Shown: piece by piece, positions 12,056-26,150 of the stretch | How positions within the stretch are numbered: position 1 is the first letter of the stretch | Layout of the letters: each line of letters starts with the position of its first letter | Source: Enoplolaimus lenunculus | Taxonomy: Eukaryota | DNA length: 64,000 nucleotides | Direction: 5' to 3' | Assembly: GCA_030248215.1 (NCBI GenBank) | Contig: JASANG010004128.1 | Location: forward strand, 248,001-312,000 | The notes under the pieces: generated by a model | What the model saw: the letters and a program-made list of their open reading frames with translations, nothing else | Databases searched by the model: none | Told to the model about the DNA's origin: nothing | Position numbers and translations under genes: made by a program

Positions 12056-13907
12056 GTTTCTTTACTGCACAAGTCTCAAAAACATTCAGAATATTATTTT
12101 GCTATTAAATATTGCAAAGCATGGTTAACCCTTTTTCGCATGAATATTTTCAATTTCGAACAAATCGAACTTTAAATCAGGATTCAAATCACAGCGCCTC
12201 GGGTGGGAGGCAGCTATGCAACCTTAAAAGAGGGGTTCTGACCTCTTGTGGAACTTTGGTACTGCACATACACTTTTTAAGCTAAGATATGCATTATATA
12301 GGGTGCTGAATGGCCAAAAATCATCCATCAGAATTAAGCCTATTCTCAACACGATGTGGTTGGACTCGCAAGAACAGAACGTAGCATGAGATTATGAAAT
12401 CGTCTCTGAAAACGGAACGCCTAGACTAGTGAACCAAAATGTACAAAGGATATCTTTGTTTGTTTAAAATTAAAATTTTGACAATATAAAAGTCTAAAAT
12501 ATACAAAATACCAAGTTTTCTGAACGACCAAAAAGTTTCAGCCGCACTATAGCAGATCGTGAGTGAATACAAACTTCATTTTTTGAAAGAATCTATCAAG
12601 GTGTTCTGTTATCCAATTATAGGTTTAAAACAGAGTTCAATCTATGCATCAACAAGTCGAGCAGCTCACTGCTTGAATCAAGAGACAGGCTAAATTTTGG
12701 CAAATTTCAATACAGTTAGTGAAATACAGTTATTTTTTATTCGGTTCAATAAATTATCGCTTAAAAATGGCAGCCAAATAAAAACAGCGAACCGCGTACA
12801 ATATCGTGTAAAGCTTTTTTATCTGAAAAGAACAAAATATACACAGACCTATATCTCATATTGTCAAACAACTAGAGACTCGCTTGGCATTTGGTGCCAT
12901 AATAAGGGCGACTTTAACCAACACAACAACGGCCTCTCGCAGATAAACATATATGGAGAAACACTCAGGCAAAATCCCCAACATACACAAATGGTGCGTT
13001 TTATATAGACTGAATCTAGCTAACCGAGAAATACCGTTTCTCATAGATGCTGTATATCCCACTAGTTGTGTAGTCGCATGCCTTTTGCTGGTACGTAAAA
13101 GCGCAGCCTGACTAGCTGGCCACAAACGAACCCACTACATTACTGTATATTGCCGGTTTCCGCGTGAGAAAACCCGCAAGCTAAACTGCTCAACAGCATA
13201 TGCATTCTGTTAAGTGTCAACTCTAGTTTGTAATAGACAGCAGCACAGTCACAGCAGAAACGCAAGGGTTCGGTTGCTACAAATAATTTGTCCTCTATGC
13301 TTAACTAAAAATCAAGTTTCAATTTTTGACCACAAAGTTAGATGAAATAGAAACTACTGAATTTGCTATTTTATCATGCCTGCTAAATATTATCAAAGCG
13401 GTTTTTAAGTTTTTCTTTCAATAACACACGGCAATCAAAGCTTTACACAAACTCTCTGAATGTCACACACAACTTGTACATAAAATACGGTCAATTTTCT
13501 GCAGAGGTCAGACATAGGGTGTTACAAGTACACCGATAAGGAATCTGTAGACAAATTCATTTCTTCGATGCAACTAATGCAATGTTTTCATGTTTTTAAC
13601 TTTAAGAGTACATTTAATTAAACGTACACATTGGTACCAAGCAATCAATGTTTTGTACCACGTGTTGTCAACCTCGCATTAGCATCAGACCTGAATACTA
13701 TATAACTATCGACCCGTTTCAAAACATACAACGTTTACTACCAAAATAAGCCATTATTAACATATTGCGTCATTAATACATAGGTATACCAACACATAGG
13801 GTGAAAAAAAGTTGTACAATTGGGGTCCATCACCGGTTCCGCTAAAAATTTTGTCGTAAGTTCCGACATTTTCCGTTCTGAAAATTTTCGTACTTTTGTA
13901 AAACATA

Positions 13908-14116
13908 CACTGCAAAAAATGGTGAGTCAAATTGACTCTCTCCGAAATAGGCTCTACGGGACTACAGAAACTGAGTCAGATTCGACTCCGCCAGTGTCGA
14001 ACACGCGATGAAGTGAGTCAAATTTGACTCTGGTGGAGTCGAAATTGACTCATTTTGTGTAGTCCCGTAGAGCCTATTTCGGAGAGAGTCAATCTGACTC
14101 ACCGTTTTTTGCAGTG
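13908..14116. mobile_element. Palindromic MITE with CACTG...CAGTG termini (CMC/EnSpm-like), family A
   Basis: Long TIR CACTGCAAAAAATGGTGAGTCA, internal GAGTC-n6-GACTC repeats, TA flanks. Confidence 0.85.
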
Positions 14117-14816
14117 TACGCTGTTCAGTGAGCTTGTTTACCTTGGAAATATTTTTGAAGTTTGTATCGCCGAGAATTTTTAAAAAGAAGCTTGAACAAA
14201 ATTATAACCATACCATTCAAATTTATGCGGTAAAATTTGTACAAATTCAATGTTATTTCAACTACGTAAATTTTCTACATTCTGTTACCCTGGTTAATAG
14301 TAGAAAGTGCGGTCCGTGTATAGAACACGACCCGAACAGTAGTATAAGCATATTACTAAGCCTAAGTTTAAGTCTAAGAGTAAGGATGAGCCTATTCTCA
14401 AGCCTAAGAATAAGCAAAAAACGTTAGTCTAAAAAGCTTAAACTGATTGTATTACAGCCCCGCCTCAAAACGATCTGGCCCTGTATTATACATGGGCCGA
14501 GAATGTGAATACTACGATTTAAAGAAATTAAAAACATGACACTCGCATGAAACCGTACTATTCGTAGAAATATACTAGAGATGCATTTAGAAAACTTCAA
14601 ACTCACAGAAACAATTTGAAAACGTGAGCAGGTGTAACTTTTGCAGACCGCGAAATTAGGTAAATTAGGTTCAGAGATAATAAATGTTCTTGCTCGCATT
14701 AATTTAACCGTTGATAAAGCTCCCAAAGTCATGATAACTCGATGGCACAATATATTTACAGTAAAATTATGCAATCAGGTCGTGTTGTGACGTATTATTT
14801 CATTATGTCGTAAACA

Positions 14817-14910
14817 TTAGCGTTTGAATATACGACACTTATTTTTCTGTTCCGGTGCAGTAGTCGCAACAAGAATATCAGGCAGTTTTAGATCGTCCTG
14901 CCGTCCATGC
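14817..14910 (-). CDS. SCHIP1: SCHIP1 terminal coding exon (HGRQDD...CRIFKR*)
   Basis: tttctag acceptor, phase 2, ends in TAA. Confidence 0.65.
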
Positions 14911-17900
14911 CTAGAAACAAAAACTTCTTTATATATTATCAATTATAGCAATGTAGCCAACATTGTGTAAAATGGAATAAAGTATATTCATGAAAAATTT
15001 CGAAGGAGGTTTCTTATGTTACATCCGGGAATATTGCAAAAAAACATGAATATTCTCTGTGAACAATAATCCGTTTGTTGCATTAATGCAAATCCATCGG
15101 TTGCTTTAAAGTGGATTTCTAGGTTTTGTTAATAGTAACGCTCTGCCAAAACTAATTGAGTTGTACATGGCATTTTGGAGATATATAGTCATCACGGAAA
15201 CTGTCCGATACATTTTATCAGGCATTATGGCTTTAGTCAAAATATATATAAAGGGGTGTAACCGGAGAAGTCAAATACCAGAGGCCAAGAAAACATACCG
15301 GCGTCGGTGGTGACGAAATTAGGTAGTTTAAACAAATGTGTAATTCGCTAATTTTAGGAAGTATCCATATAAAACGTTGTCAAAAATGTCGGATTTAGGT
15401 TAACTTTAAAGAGAATTTCGACAATTTGAGCTCAAAATTGAACCAAAACTTAAAGCCAAACGCACCGAACGATGCAATTTTTGAAAAATTATATAAAATT
15501 TCACTCAGCAAACATTCTACCCAAACCGGAGCATGCCGCAGTCGGAGACAGGTCTTCTGTTGTACCCTGGTATATGATATTTAAAAATACATAGTCAATA
15601 ACATTTTGGTTCCAATGTCTATGTTTTGCAGTACGATGCGTATGAGTAAATTATCGGTATCGGTATTTTTCAGTTTGGTTGCGCATTAGTTTAGACGCGA
15701 CCTGCCTCTATTCTGTTACTGTTATTCAACAAATTGCACAACCATTACTAAACGGAAAGAATAAAAACGTTACATACTGCGTTAAATCTTCAATATCAAC
15801 AAGCATAGAATCTTGCTCCATATGTAGGCTATCTTTCTCAATCAGAAGCTGTACTAGCTCTTCGTTAAGCACTAAAATATCACGCAACGCCAATCCCAGT
15901 GATAGATTTTGAGTAAAATAGACTAAAAGCGTGCAGCTATTATCTCCAACACCATTTAATCAAATTCTGCATCAACACGGAACAAGTTCGAAATGCTAGT
16001 TCCGAGAAAGACCTTAGGGAATGGCCGGATGGGTTTTAAGAAGTAGATGGCGCGTGACAGATATGTACAGCAAGCTTATCTATGGACCGGCCAGACCAAG
16101 CCAGCGGGGAAAACGACCAGTATAGAAACTTTGCTTGCTGTAGCACAAAGGTTCACATTTATAAAAATATACACACGACTTACATTATTGCTGACCAAAA
16201 CCAATTCTTATAAAACATTAACATAGTAGTTAAATAGTTGGAAAGTACATGACACACAATTTTACCTTCAATCTTTGAATGAAAATCATTCACAATGATC
16301 TGGAGCTGGGTTACATTCATACGCATAAGATTTAAACGACTGAGCTTTTTCTTGCCAACAGTAAACCCAATCTAAATAATGTATTTATCACGAAATAAAT
16401 GCTAAGTTGTCAATTTGGCAAATTGAACAAATTTTCTTCTAGTATAAAATGAATAACATCTATAAAAAGCAAGTACCGATGTTAAAAGCTAGGCATAGCT
16501 AGAGATTTTTATAAAAACGGTAGCAATGAACAAAACAACCATTTGTTAACATCACATGACCATAGATCACCGCTGAAACGACAACACTACAACACCTCTT
16601 TAAACGATGCAGTTGGTAAAAAATGCAATCACGTACCACGTCTCCTGCAAAGGATTTTGACGCTATTGACGCCTGTTGCTTTTCGACCTCCATTTGCATT
16701 ACTGCAGCTTGTTTTGCTTTCGCAAGCATAACACGCGTTTCTTGTTCTAATCTCGTGGCACGTGATTCAGGGTTTTCTTCGTCCGCTTCATCTGAATTAA
16801 ATGATTCAACCAAGAACAGCAATTTTTTAAATAGTATTTTATCTCCTGCAGCGCAATATGCAGGGAGTAAACAGAATTCCGATACGCGTTAGAATTACGA
16901 ATTTAAAACGCGTTCCGACCCGGATTACAGGTGCAATCGAAATCGAAATTTTTTGTCTAGTTTGCTGCGTTGCTGTTGTCTTATACTTCTTAATTCATGA
17001 TTCTGCTATTAAATTCTAAATTCGAATGGGAATAGACTTTGCTTCTTTGCTGTTGTCTTATGCTCCTTAATTAATACTTTTGCTATTATTCAATTTTGCA
17101 TAAAATGCCCACGTGAACTCTTTGTAAAAGTTCAGCAGCAAAGAACAGTCTTATAGAAATATATTGGAACAGCGCACACAAATTATGATATATATTGCAT
17201 AGTAAGGCTCGCGATCTAAGAAAATAGTATTCTAGTTTTGTGAATCCGATCTTTAATTCTGCTTCGTTTAGTACGCTTCCAATATGATAAATCAAAAACA
17301 ACAGAGATGCACTTACCTAAACGATCTTGTACTCGCCTCCTGAGATCAGACGCTTTTTTGGTTGAATCATTTGAAAAGCTGGACATGCTTCGTCCCAAGC
17401 CGAGCTTAAATTAAAAAGCGTTGAAGAGTGGAACATTTCAAATTGAGTAGACGTGTGTATAAATTAGGGATGTGCCGATTAATCGGCATCGGCATTGCAA
17501 AAAAATTGCCGATTCTTTGCCGATACTTTTTCCACATAACATTCAATTAGAATGCTATCAATGTCCTCATATGATGTAATGTAGTAACCTATCTGTTTAT
17601 TAAGCATGGTGTACTAGAGTTGGAATCAGCATCGTCAAATTTTTAAAATAAGAATTGGCATCGGTATCGGCAAAAATTTTGGTATCGGCACATCCCTAGT
17701 ATAAAGCCAATACTTATTTGGAATCAAATGGTTGTTGTTAGTGACAAACTTGCTTCATAACGACAACTGTAGTACCTAGCTAACGGACAGATTTTTTGTA
17801 CATTTTACGGTGCATTTGCACACCTTTGCTTGAAAATGCGCACAGATTTTTGAAAATGCACATCGAAACGCACAGTAACTTAAGCTGGAGCCGAAAATCA

Positions 17901-20900
17901 GTTATCAGGAAATAAATATACCAAATAACTAATCAGGAAATAAATATACCACATAATTGTATGTGTGATGTGACCTAAGAACTAGAAACTAGCCATTCAA
18001 AGTCGTCATAAAAAGCAAAAAATGCACAAGTGAATTCCTAAATGCGCAGTTCAGTTTGAAAATGCACATATGTTTGCACACCTCGTACATTTGAAAAACA
18101 CCTTGCTAGCGGACCATCCATTCAAAAGAAAACAGAAGTCATCAAAGCAAGATTCATTCGATAATTGCTCTCTTGTACTTTAGCGCTGATTTAAAACAAT
18201 AGTTGAATCATGCAAAACAAGGAATTAGTGTCACGGCAAAACGCACTTTGCTGTTAAGTCCAAACCAAAGTTAACGCAAAGACAACCCATACAAGTTTTC
18301 CACAATGGAATGTATCAATATAAGCCAACTGTCTTATGAATATATGAAGCTCCATGTCAATTGTCTTTTCAGTCGAAGATCAAACTGCCGTAACCTCATA
18401 AATCTCTGCTTTTGGACCAGCAGCCGTATTACTAGATTTTTGTTAATCGTAACACATGGTTACATTATCAAATAATAAAACTGCAAGCGGGAGTCTGAAC
18501 ATGACGTAAACGAAACCGAGACTAATAAGCTCCATTAATTATTCAATTCAAACCTAAACTCAGCAACAAACTGAAATCACAAAAGCTTCAAAACTCTGTG
18601 GAAGTAATTTATTTTGCGTAAGTACAATTACTTACTGTACCAAAATTAAAAGAACATTGAATGCTAATTACTTAGTAGCGTTAATCGAAATAACGCAGTA
18701 ATAAACAAATTTTGTGTAAAATTTGAACAACTCTGACTTTTACAATTCTGTAGACAAAATTCACAAATTAGGTTCTGACTCCAAAATATCAAAAACTAAT
18801 CAAACGCATCTCGTGGGCATTGCGGACAAACGAGACTTACAAAGCTTGGAAAAAGCGACGATGGTTTGAAGTATTGTGAAAACAATTCCTAAATGTTACA
18901 AAAACAACATCTTGAGTGAACGTAAAGGCGCGAAAGACTGTAGAAACCTGCAGTCTCGGAGCAAGCGCTAAACCATGATAGAAAGAGCATTGAACAGAAA
19001 CGAAACTAAACCAGTTTGAAACTCCAAATAGCTCTAGCTGCTCAAATTCACAAATATGGTCAACATTCTAATTTAAAATTTCGCCGTTCATCAATGCAGC
19101 AAACACAGGCTGCAGATGTAAATTTCAAAACTCACGCCACTCAAAGTCATGAGTTGTATATAAGCAAGCAACTTACTTTACACTTAGATCTAGCAGAAGT
19201 TCCTCCAGATTCAAAAACCGAAACATCTTGCATATCGCCTAAGTCCGGAGTCGATTTACTTTTTGGTACTAATGTATCGCAGGTGGCCGGTACTTCGCAC
19301 TCAGAACCCACATTAGACATAGCTGCATCGTTCATAAAACAAATCTAAAAGAACGTAAAGCAAAATACCAAGTATGGTCTGATAAATATGCTTTACAACA
19401 TTAAACGCAATAATCTGCAGTTAATATCTACATAATTTACTAAACCTTGTATCGGATGCCGCAATTCGCACGAATAAACACTATTTCAAACATGTCAGTT
19501 TCAAAAATACATTTTTCAAAAGCAAAATTCTTAATTTGAGCTAATTATATAAAAAACCGTTTCAATTTTTCCCGAAGAAAGAATATTATATTACAAATGT
19601 TTAGCGGAAAAGTATGTGAAACAGCAAAGCAACAACCCAAGGATCTCCAACAAGACTGGTCATTAGCATGGTGAAACAACATAATATGAAGTTATATTTA
19701 TCTTATTTAATATAAGCGCAAACCTACCTGAAGATTCATTCCCGACTGTAATCTTGTCCCAAGATTAGATTTCTGAGGACGAGTTGTTGCAGCAGGTGGA
19801 TAGCATTTGAGAGTTCGAGGTTGTTGAGATATGCTTGCGATTATGTCATCACTCATCAACTTAAAATGATTAAACAGCTAAGAATTGCTTAATTCAATGC
19901 AGTGAAAAATCACTATTCATACCGGAGTAAAAACTGGAATCCCATTATCATTATTAAAAATTATACACCAGCCGTAAGGAACAACATGTATCGAACGAAG
20001 CTCGAACAAACTTAGTTTATAATCGGTCTATACATTCAATGATTATAAAACAGAAACGCATATTTTGGCACACTTACTTTGTTCTAATAGTCCAGTCGAA
20101 AGTTAATTTAAAAAGACCTAATTTAGTTTTAACCAGTTAAGCTTATATGCATATTAATTAGCTATTAGACAACTATTCAATTATCGCTTTTGGGTGGTTT
20201 ATAAACAATTTGTTCAGATAGCGCGCACCCAAAAATCCTAAACGTTTAAAAGTTCTAATTTAGGTTTAAAAACGGCTGAAAATATTAAAACCTCCAAGCG
20301 ACATAAACTCTCCCGGATAACACAGTTGAAAACAAAAAGTTTGACCGCCGAGTATATACAAAACATAAATTGCTTAGCGAAAATCCGAGCTTTGCTCGGA
20401 GGTGTTTCAAGATACGAAACATTATTTTCAAAAGCGCTAACTTTTCTTTTGGTTGCTTCGTCTTCGGCCGCTGCTTTAGACAGTTGTTCTTCAAGACGTG
20501 CAAAATCAAATTGAGGCATTGCAGTATCTAAGCAGCCAATTTCTTGCTCTATACTCGCTCTTGATTTGGATGATCGCGCTGTATTGTTTGTGTAGTTTGT
20601 CCGCAAAGTACAACCGGGGCTCATTGCAGAAAACGGATTCGCCCGTGATTGACGGCAACTTGAATTCTGCGACGACAACTGTGTATGTTCAATATTGTCG
20701 TTTGCTGCTGAATGGCAACGTGTTTCTTGGTTGTTGATTTCGTCACAGGTGTCGTGGGATGGTGAACAATGCTAAAATACACACAACGCTTAAATAGTTC
20801 AACCGGCATTACGCAGGAATCCGATTGGGCACCTCGGTGCGAAACCAGGACTTGACTGACGGATATTCACAGATGAAATAGTTGTCATTTTCAACGAGGG

Positions 20901-23473
20901 AAGCAGTCATTCTTGCTTGCTCGAAAATGATGTAAACATAGTGAAATAAATTGTTCGTAGGTACTATGTGGACAAAATCTACAGAAGGTAATATCTTCAC
21001 TCTTACGCACAAAACCTAGTATATAAAGATTTTTATTTAGTTGCCTGATGGTGCGTTTAACACTAACGGTTTGCTTGCGTTGGAAGGTCAGTTCGTGAGC
21101 AGGTGTCAATTGGAAACAATCAAAGAAGCTGCGCTTTGAAGCACGGGCTAAATTTCGATTAATTAAGTAATCGAACAAGTAAATCGGGAAAGAAGGCTTT
21201 TCAAAAATTGGGGTACCATTGTTCAATAGTAATAGAGTTGTTAACCGCAATATTCAAATGAAAATACAGATTGATTATTTTCGAACTGTTAGTAGCCATA
21301 TACGTATTACGGATATCGTAGCTAATGTTGATAGTTATTTTTACGTATTTTAACTTGGGCCCGGTTGACACCGGCCCAGCCCAGGTACCGGAGTCTAGGG
21401 CCCAGGATCAACTCTAAACAGTGCATACTAATTTGGAATGATTAATAATATAAACATGTGCATACTAGCAGGGTGGATTCACGATTAGACCAAATCCGAA
21501 ACCTGCATGTTGCAAATTTCAGATATATCTACAATTTGTTTCAGAATATCAACGCAATGCCTGCCGCATAACTGTTAAACATTAATATATTTCGTGCCTG
21601 ACCACAGTTCTAAAATTTGTGACCTGAAACAAAAATATTGATTTATGTAACAAATTATTTAAAATATTTTTTGTTTAGCAATGAAAAACGATATTGCCGA
21701 ACATTGTCGGATTCGGCTTTTTCGCAACCGAATCAGAAACCGAACCGCAAATGTTTACCAATTCGAATCCGAACTATTGTTGACACCCTGCCTACTACCC
21801 ATCCGTATGGGACTGTGCATACAGAATTCGATATTGGCAACAACCGGTACCCTTAAAATATACGCAATTGAGTAGCGTTAGTTCGACTTATGTATACGTG
21901 TATATAACATTCAATCAATTACCGGTAAGCTCAGCGACGTTGCCGTTAAAATATTCGATTCGTTCTGCCGCTCAATTACACAAGATCCATTTGTTTTGAT
22001 ATTTGAAATAATGGTGCCAGCAGTTGTCGACGCTTCAGAGTCGGTTTGTGGCGATGTCAGCGGCTCTTCCAAGGAATTTGCAAACAATTCCGGGGTCATT
22101 ACTGCATTATCCCGACCACAGATTTGACTTGAATCCTCTTGCGCGGTCGTTGACGGCCAGTTTCTGTTCGACGGTGACATAGACCGAACGTCCACGGCCG
22201 AAAACGAATCTGAGCTGCATGAAGTTGAGGAACCTAGCATTTCAGCATCCATGACTTCAGTTTTACAACAAATAACGTCTATTTGCCCACGAAAATCTCT
22301 GTGTTTTTGATCGCTGCCGTTTGCGACATCGCGGCTCGTTTCGTCGGTTCTGCCATTCGGTGAAAACCCGGTGGCCCTTTGAATGTTAGTTTCACATTCA
22401 TCTTCAAGACTAGACGCGTTTGAGCATAGTTCTGTTTCTCCACCGGCGTTCGAACTGCAGCATTCATAGTCGTCGTCATCATCATCATCACAATCACAAA
22501 CATCAATTTCATGTCCTCGAACACTACTGGATGTTTCATTTGCTATAAAATTTGAGTCTTTCTTCGTTTTTTCACACGCCGCTGTTTTAAAGTGGTGATT
22601 ATCTTGAGAGAACATATGATTACTTCCATCTAAGAAATTTATCTCATTACAAATAATATTCACTTCCTTCGCCCCTTCAGAACTGTGATTCCCAACTCGA
22701 CTTGTTTTTCCCTTCCGGTTGTATGATAATCTCGGGCTAGACGTGAATCCTAAATCAACCAAACTACGGGCCTCATCCAGCGATGATTGATGTTGATGTT
22801 GCACCGGAGTTATAACTGGATTTGGTGGCTCCAACAACTGGTGAGGTGATACTTGAAACTCTGTATGGCTGTGTGGTAGTTTTTTACCACAATGGCAATG
22901 ATCGGAAACAGAATAATTCGTTTTATCGTTAGCTACGTGTTCCAATCTTTTACGCTGTTGATTTAATTTTTGAGTTTCAAAGTTAGTCGTTGGTGTTGAC
23001 TCTGTCATGGGCATCTCTTGCGATGTGAAAGAAACTTTACTTGTCTCTGGCATCACCGGAGGGGAATTTAATAAATTTTTTACAAATTTTAGTTGACTAA
23101 CATCATCGTCATCGTCTCCACTTTGACCTCCAATAAGATCAGTTACCATTAAAGTATCAACAAAAACACGGTCAAATTGTATTTTGTCAGCCGGATCGTC
23201 AAGGAAAAAATTATTCTCTGGATCTCTTTTTTCAAATGCCAAATTATTTTTGAACGCATCAACATCATTGTTATGATTACACAAATTTACATGACTGGAA
23301 TCGTCTGTCAGGTTTGTACCGTTTATACATAAACCGATATCATGTTTCGATGAACTGTTTAAGAGATTGTTATTGCTCGGATATATACCCAACAATTCAT
23401 TCGTGTCTTTGTTATTGTTGTTGTCATGATCGCCAGTCGTAGTTCGTATCGAATCTGGGCAAACGTCTGCCAT
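14817..23473 (-). CDS. SCHIP1: Schwannomin-interacting protein 1 family protein, about 905 aa. Exons: 21923-23473, 20442-20771, 19728-19859, 19177-19344, 17317-17404, 16637-16791, 16266-16371, 15778-15871, 14817-14910
   Basis: Phase-consistent GT-AG chain. SCHIP1 hallmarks: [31 protein letters not shown], and the C-terminal coiled coil [51 protein letters not shown]. Stop TAA at 14817-14819. Confidence 0.85.
15778..15871 (-). CDS. SCHIP1: SCHIP1 exon ([30 protein letters not shown])
   Basis: Highly conserved SCHIP1 C-terminal motif. Confidence 0.9.
16266..16371 (-). CDS. SCHIP1: SCHIP1 exon ([28 protein letters not shown])
   Basis: Conserved coiled coil. Confidence 0.88.
16637..16791 (-). 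CDS. SCHIP1: SCHIP1 exon ([26 protein letters not shown])
   Basis: Conserved motif; an alternative in-frame acceptor would start the exon at 16845. Confidence 0.82.
17317..17404 (-). CDS. SCHIP1: SCHIP1 exon ([10 protein letters not shown]...VQDRL)
   Basis: Phase 0 to 1, GTAAGT donor, bridges the neighbouring exons. Confidence 0.65.
17465..17698. mobile_element. hAT-like MITE (TAGGGATGTGCCGAT TIR)
   Basis: 15-bp TIR; 8-bp flanks GTATAAAT / GTATAAAG. Confidence 0.8.
19177..19344 (-). CDS. SCHIP1: SCHIP1 exon (ICFMND...)
   Basis: ttttag acceptor, GTAAGT donor. Confidence 0.85.
19728..19859 (-). CDS. SCHIP1: SCHIP1 exon (...[14 protein letters not shown])
   Basis: Conserved [14 protein letters not shown] donor. 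Confidence 0.85.
19965..20410 (-). mobile_element. Second, degraded copy of the DINE/HINE-like element
   Basis: Reverse-complement similarity to both ends and one tandem unit of 3418-4405. Confidence 0.6.
20442..20771 (-). CDS. SCHIP1: SCHIP1 exon (HCSPSHD...[26 protein letters not shown])
   Basis: ttttag acceptor, GTTAGC donor, 110 codons open. Confidence 0.75.
21923..23473 (-). CDS. SCHIP1: SCHIP1 large first coding exon (517 codons, N/S/D-rich, likely disordered)
   Basis: Longest ORF in the window, upstream acceptor at 23523, phase-0 GTAATT donor compatible with the next exon. Confidence 0.7.
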
Positions 23474-23833
23474 TAACAATCAACCGAAATTTTTAAACGA
23501 AATAATCATAAACATCATTAACCTACAAATTATACAAAGTTAGTGCATTTATACAGACTTAGAAGACATTCACTACAATATATAGTTGCATGTAATGTAT
23601 ATTTATTAGAAAAAATCAAATAGGATTCATAAATTGTTACACGCTTTCCTCAAAAATAGTGGGTAAACGCGGATACCTGTGGTAGTTGGTAGTACAGGTG
23701 ATTTTGCAAAAAACTTGCTCTGGAAATCATCAAGCGTACACTGTCATTCTAGAAAGTTTTGTAGGTCCATTTATTTATATTTGGAACAGTTTACGTGAAA
23801 ACATATCTGAGCAACCATTAATTACTGCTTCCA

Positions 23834-23960
23834 GTCCCGTGGGGCAGCGGTAAAAGTGTCGGCCTGACACGCAAAAAGTCGCTACTTCGAAACCACCCGT
23901 AACACATTTTTCCAGCAACTTTGTTAAAAAGGTCTGAAGTCCCAGTTCCTACCTAGAATA
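23834..23960 (+). mobile_element. tRNA(Val-like)-derived SINE
   Basis: A-box-like TGGGGCAGCGG, GCCTGACACGC loop, B-box-like TTCGAAACC, then a body shared with the 44553 copy (AAAAGGTCTGAAGTC..GTTC.TACCTA). Confidence 0.6.
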
Positions 23961-25112
23961 ACAACTTTTGTATTTCGCTCAAGATTTTGTAGGCTGTTTA
24001 CCCATTTTATTCTTTATTTTTAATGCTAGACACTCATCGTTTGTTGTGGTGTCCTACTGCGTTGCATGGCTGATTGTTCTTATTGTATAAATTGTGATGT
24101 TGTGAAACAGTAAAGAAAACGAATCGAAATATCCTAGCATAAATAGACACATTAAAGAACACTGTATGAATGCGTACAATAAAACTGCTGCCCTTTATTT
24201 CCACATTTCTTTAGCACCAAAATTGCGTTATTAAATTTCATTACTCTGCAAAACACAAATTTATGAAAGGCGCACAAACATTTTAGATAACATTTATTAA
24301 TGTACATAAGCACCAAAACTTAGCAAAATATTAAAACAATTTAGGCGATGTGCAAACCCTAAATTGAAAGATTTTTTCGCCTAGCTTAGTATTACAGCAA
24401 TTCATTAATTCTTTTTTCGTGTGTTGGTAATTAATCTGTACTACATGGGCTATTATGCGTTGAAACTTTGAAGCATGCTCATATAGCACACGTTTTCATA
24501 GGCACTCTAGATTTACAGAAAGCCTTTTAGCATTGATCCGAAATAAATGTAATGTGTGTTGTGTTGCTTCGGTAGCCTCCTTTTTCATTATTTACTTTTA
24601 GCCAGCTATTTGCAAAATAGTACTTTATGCAGGAAAATATAGGACCGTTCCGGTCAACGCTATTCTCAGAGACGTCCTACTTTTACACGCGAAGTGACCG
24701 CAAAATGCCCGAAGTGCAACGATAAACAAAAAAATTTCGAACCTATGTTTTTGGACAGATCATCCCCTTTTTCAGGATTGCCGGTAAACTAGGCTGTTCC
24801 AGATTTTCGTTTTCCCTGGTCAAATATGGAGTCCTCCTTTTAGCTTTTGGCCGAAACAGGACAGTCCTATTTTCCTGTTTTACACATTTTTCAGTATTCC
24901 GAGTAAAGATTAATAAAGCGGTTTTCCTTTTACTATTTGCCGGAAACAGGTTCAACCTACTTTCCTGCTGCCATGCGAAAAATCGGCAGGATTTCAAAAC
25001 TAGTTTATTGCACTGCAGCACTTTACACATATCGCGGAAAACGGGACGCCTATCACAGACCAACTGTACAAGAGTACCGTTTACTAAAATATCCAACTGT
25101 TTACATCCAGGG

Positions 25113-25735
25113 CAGGGTGCAACCAGGATTTCGCTTCCGCCTTTCCGGTAAAAGTACGATATTTTTCACTATTCGATTCCGGTAATCCGGTATTTCAGCA
25201 CTGAAAATTTTTATCGTTCGAAAATTTAAGAGAAATTGGCATATTGTCCTATAACTTATTTTTGTAAAATTGTCTGATAGTGTATAAAACAAAATTCTAA
25301 ATTTGTGTCATACTCCGTACATTTATCATATATTTCTCAGCTACCGCATTTGTTTCAGGATTTTAGCATTCTAGGGCGTATATGATTTTAATTTTCAATG
25401 ATGTTTGAGTGCACAGAGAAGAACTAAAAGTATCGTAAGGATATTTATCACCCCGGCTGCGACAAATGCTATAGCATTAAAATGAATTTTTCGGTAGCAG
25501 GTATTTTAGTTTAGCGGATACACCATAAGTTTTCAAGATATTGGATGAAGTTTGAAATCATTATTTCATATAGAACACTTTCAGCGTAATCGGTAATGAA
25601 AAACTGCGAGATATACATGTTAATTATAACTACTTTTAAGAATCAAAATAACGGAATTTGCGGTGTTTCTGTAATGGGAACGGAAATGGACACAGGTTTT
25701 TCCGGTAACGGAAACGGATATCCGGTTACACCATG
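25113..25735. mobile_element. hAT-like MITE relative
   Basis: CAGGGTGCAACC...GGTTACACCATG termini, TTCCGG-rich subterminal repeats. Confidence 0.55.
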
Positions 25736-25742
25736 GACTATA

Positions 25743-25896
25743 CGTTGCAAAAAATGGTGAGTCAAATTGATTCTCTCCGAAATAGGCTTTTCCGGACTAC
25801 ACAAACTGAGTAGAATTCGACTTTGCCACAGTCATATTCGACTCACTGGCGATTCATTGAACCGAATTTGACTCTGACTCACCATTTTTTGCAGTG
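25743..25896. mobile_element. MITE family A copy (internally deleted)
   Basis: Same termini and repeats. Confidence 0.75.
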
Positions 25897-26150
25897 TACA
25901 GATTCATAATTAGCGTCTACCCAATGGGAGCTTTACGTTTGTACCTAAATAGTATACTATTTTGCTAACTATCACAATATCAATGCTGTGTATTTATGCT
26001 AAGTTTAAGTATTTTTAAAAGAAATCTCTGCAATCATATGTTACAAAATTGAGCCAAAGTTCAATTTAAAACCAAAACTCAACGTGAAACAGTACGTTAC
26101 AAATTGGTCATATTATATATTTTCCCGTTTAGTTTCCGCTATTTCTGCTA

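Noticed and set aside
14817..14910. SCHIP1-GABBR1 operon
   Set aside because: About 2.9 kb containing a MITE separates the stop from the next start; there is no direct evidence of co-transcription
16543..16892. Plus-strand ORFs (also 15679-15912 and 19016-19348)
   Set aside because: Antisense shadows of SCHIP1 exons
23834..23910. Functional tRNA-Val gene (also 44553)
   Set aside because: Acceptor and T stems do not pair properly, and both copies share a non-tRNA 3' body, so they are SINE-like
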